From assembly GCA_965228855.1 (NCBI GenBank), contig CBDDIJ010000002.1, positions 288,001 to 352,000 of the forward strand: a stretch of DNA of 64,000 nt. Reading direction: 5' to 3'. Position numbers and translations under genes: made by a program. The stretch is from Candidatus Obscuribacterales bacterium. GTDB lineage: Bacteria > Cyanobacteriota > Vampirovibrionia > Obscuribacterales > Obscuribacteraceae. This document shows, piece by piece, positions 62,582 to 64,000 of this stretch (the first letter of the stretch is position 1; every line of letters begins with the position of its first letter). The notes beneath the pieces were generated by a model that made no database searches, had not been told where the DNA came from, and worked only from the letters and a program-made list of their open reading frames with translations.

Positions 62582-64000
62582 TTAGCTTGCCTTGCGGCGG
62601 CTGCGCGACTTGCTCTTGGTCTTCGCCTTGGTCGTCTTGCCCTTGCGGGGACGGCGGGACTTGCCGACGATGCCTTCGGCGACATCGCCTTCATCCGTGT
62701 CGATATCGATGGTGATATCGGTCGGACCACCGGTCGTGGCGGCAGACTCGACGATGTCGTGGTCGGCGTGAGCCTTGACGATCATCGCCTGGTACTTGCC
62801 GCTGAACAGCGTGGTGTCCGCGGTCTTCATCGCGCGCAGCATGTCGACGAAACGAACCGTGTGCGCCGGCACGAGTGCCAGAGCCGCCAGGTAGAGCTTC
62901 GCGAACGTGGTGACGCCATCCTGGATGGAGCCGCCGCCGTTCACCGTGCCGACGATGATGGCTTCGAGCAGGTCGGCGTGAGCCGCACCCGAAATCTCGC
63001 CATCGTCATGCACTTCGCCGCTCTTGCGCTTCGCCGACTTCTTGTTGCGCTGCTTGCGGATGCCGTTGGGCGGCATCGCGAAAGCGCCGATGATGCGCTG
63101 GTCGGCCTGGATCTTCGCGACAGTGAGTTCGTCGCCGATCTGCTTGCCGTAGAGCGCGCCCCAGAGGTACTGCATCACGAGCTGACCCAGCACGTCGCCG
63201 GTCGACTCGTGCATCGCACCACCTTCATCGCCAGGCAGGTCCTTGCCCGGGCACTGAAGGTACACCACGTGGTGACCGTTCTCGTGCCACTCGACGCCGA
63301 GGTCGAACGCGATGTGCTTGGTCAGACCCCAGCCGCCGCCCGAACCGACACCCATGTGGATCTCGTAGTTCTCCGGGTCGAAGTAGGCGTTGTCCTGGAC
63401 CGCCGGGTCGTCGATGTAGACCTTGATCGGGCGGTCCTGCTTCTTCATGCCCAGCGACTCGAGGAACTCGTACTGAGCCCGCAGAGCCACGTAGGTCACG
63501 ACGGCCGAGAACTTCGAGGACTCCTTCTCGCTGTCGAAGCTGTAGCTGCCGTCAGCCTTCGCCTTGACCTCGACCCACTTGCGCCCCTCCATCACGTACA
63601 GGATGAAGCGATGGTCCTTCAGGACCTTGGGGTCGGGGAGCGACTCGATGAAGTGGTCCTGCACTTGCTGCGGGATCGGCTTCTTCGCGTCCGGGATGGC
63701 GAGAAAGCACTTCACCGGAATGCGGTTGACCGCGTTCTGGATCGGCGAAGCGATGCTGGTGCGGATGAGGCTCTGCTCGTACACGATTTCGCCGTTCTTG
63801 GCGAGAACCAGGTAGAACATCGCGTGCCGCGGCTCCTGCGAGACGAGCTTGACCTCGTAGACGAGGCCGAACTTGCCTTCGTGCTCGGACAGAACCAGTC
63901 GGCTGGTGCCGGTGGCGCTGTCGACGGCGAGCTTCTTCTTGGCGATGTCGACAGCCTGCTCACCGGTCAGCATGACCTTGGGCAGGTTGGCGGGACGACG
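62582..64000 (-). CDS. M4/M36 (thermolysin/fungalysin-like) zinc metalloprotease, 5' end outside window
   Basis: PepSY-like pro-region, DNAYF, HENGH, GAMHESTGD, EVHDDG motifs; basic C-terminal tail. Confidence 0.85.
   Translation of the reverse strand, partial: RRPANLPKVMLTGEQAVDIAKKKLAVDSATGTSRLVLSEHEGKFGLVYEVKLVSQEPRHAMFYLVLAKNGEIVYEQSLIRTSIASPIQNAVNRIPVKCFLAIPDAKKPIPQQVQDHFIESLPDPKVLKDHRFILYVMEGRKWVEVKAKADGSYSFDSEKESSKFSAVVTYVALRAQYEFLESLGMKKQDRPIKVYIDDPAVQDNAYFDPENYEIHMGVGSGGGWGLTKHIAFDLGVEWHENGHHVVYLQCPGKDLPGDEGGAMHESTGDVLGQLVMQYLWGALYGKQIGDELTVAKIQADQRIIGAFAMPPNGIRKQRNKKSAKRKSGEVHDDGEISGAAHADLLEAIIVGTVNGGGSIQDGVTTFAKLYLAALALVPAHTVRFVDMLRAMKTADTTLFSGKYQAMIVKAHADHDIVESAATTGGPTDITIDIDTDEGDVAEGIVGKSRRPRKGKTTKAKTKSKSRSRRKAS

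Overview
Bacterial chromosome segment, probably from a non-photosynthetic Cyanobacteriota relative such as Melainabacteria/Obscuribacterales (inferred from gene content only). It holds about 40 CDS. These include folC, tyrS, adk, pepP, an M16 and two S41 peptidases, a frameshifted ClpC-like ATPase and an output-less bacteriophytochrome. There are also two NADAR-like paralogues, a stand-alone tandem MshEN protein, a vWA/SBP/XpaC operon, and a 2706-aa protein with YD repeats, annexin-like repeats and a tyrosine phosphatase domain. The main unexplained structure is non-coding. Nineteen copies of an exactly 52-bp four-box imperfect palindrome (TGTCTA-N8-TG[AC]CGG-N12-CCG[TG]CA-N8-TAGACA) occur in the window. 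Sixteen are paired with an outward-facing CTACTATA/TATAGTAG octamer at helically phased distances of about 79 or about 90 bp. The octamer sits just beyond the terminator of nearly every strongly C/G3-biased gene block and anchors local tandem duplications. Two homologous tRNA-like RNAs with enlarged anticodon arms flank the NADAR pair. No recombinase, transposase, CRISPR array or rRNA was recognised. All calls were made by eye; no searches were run.
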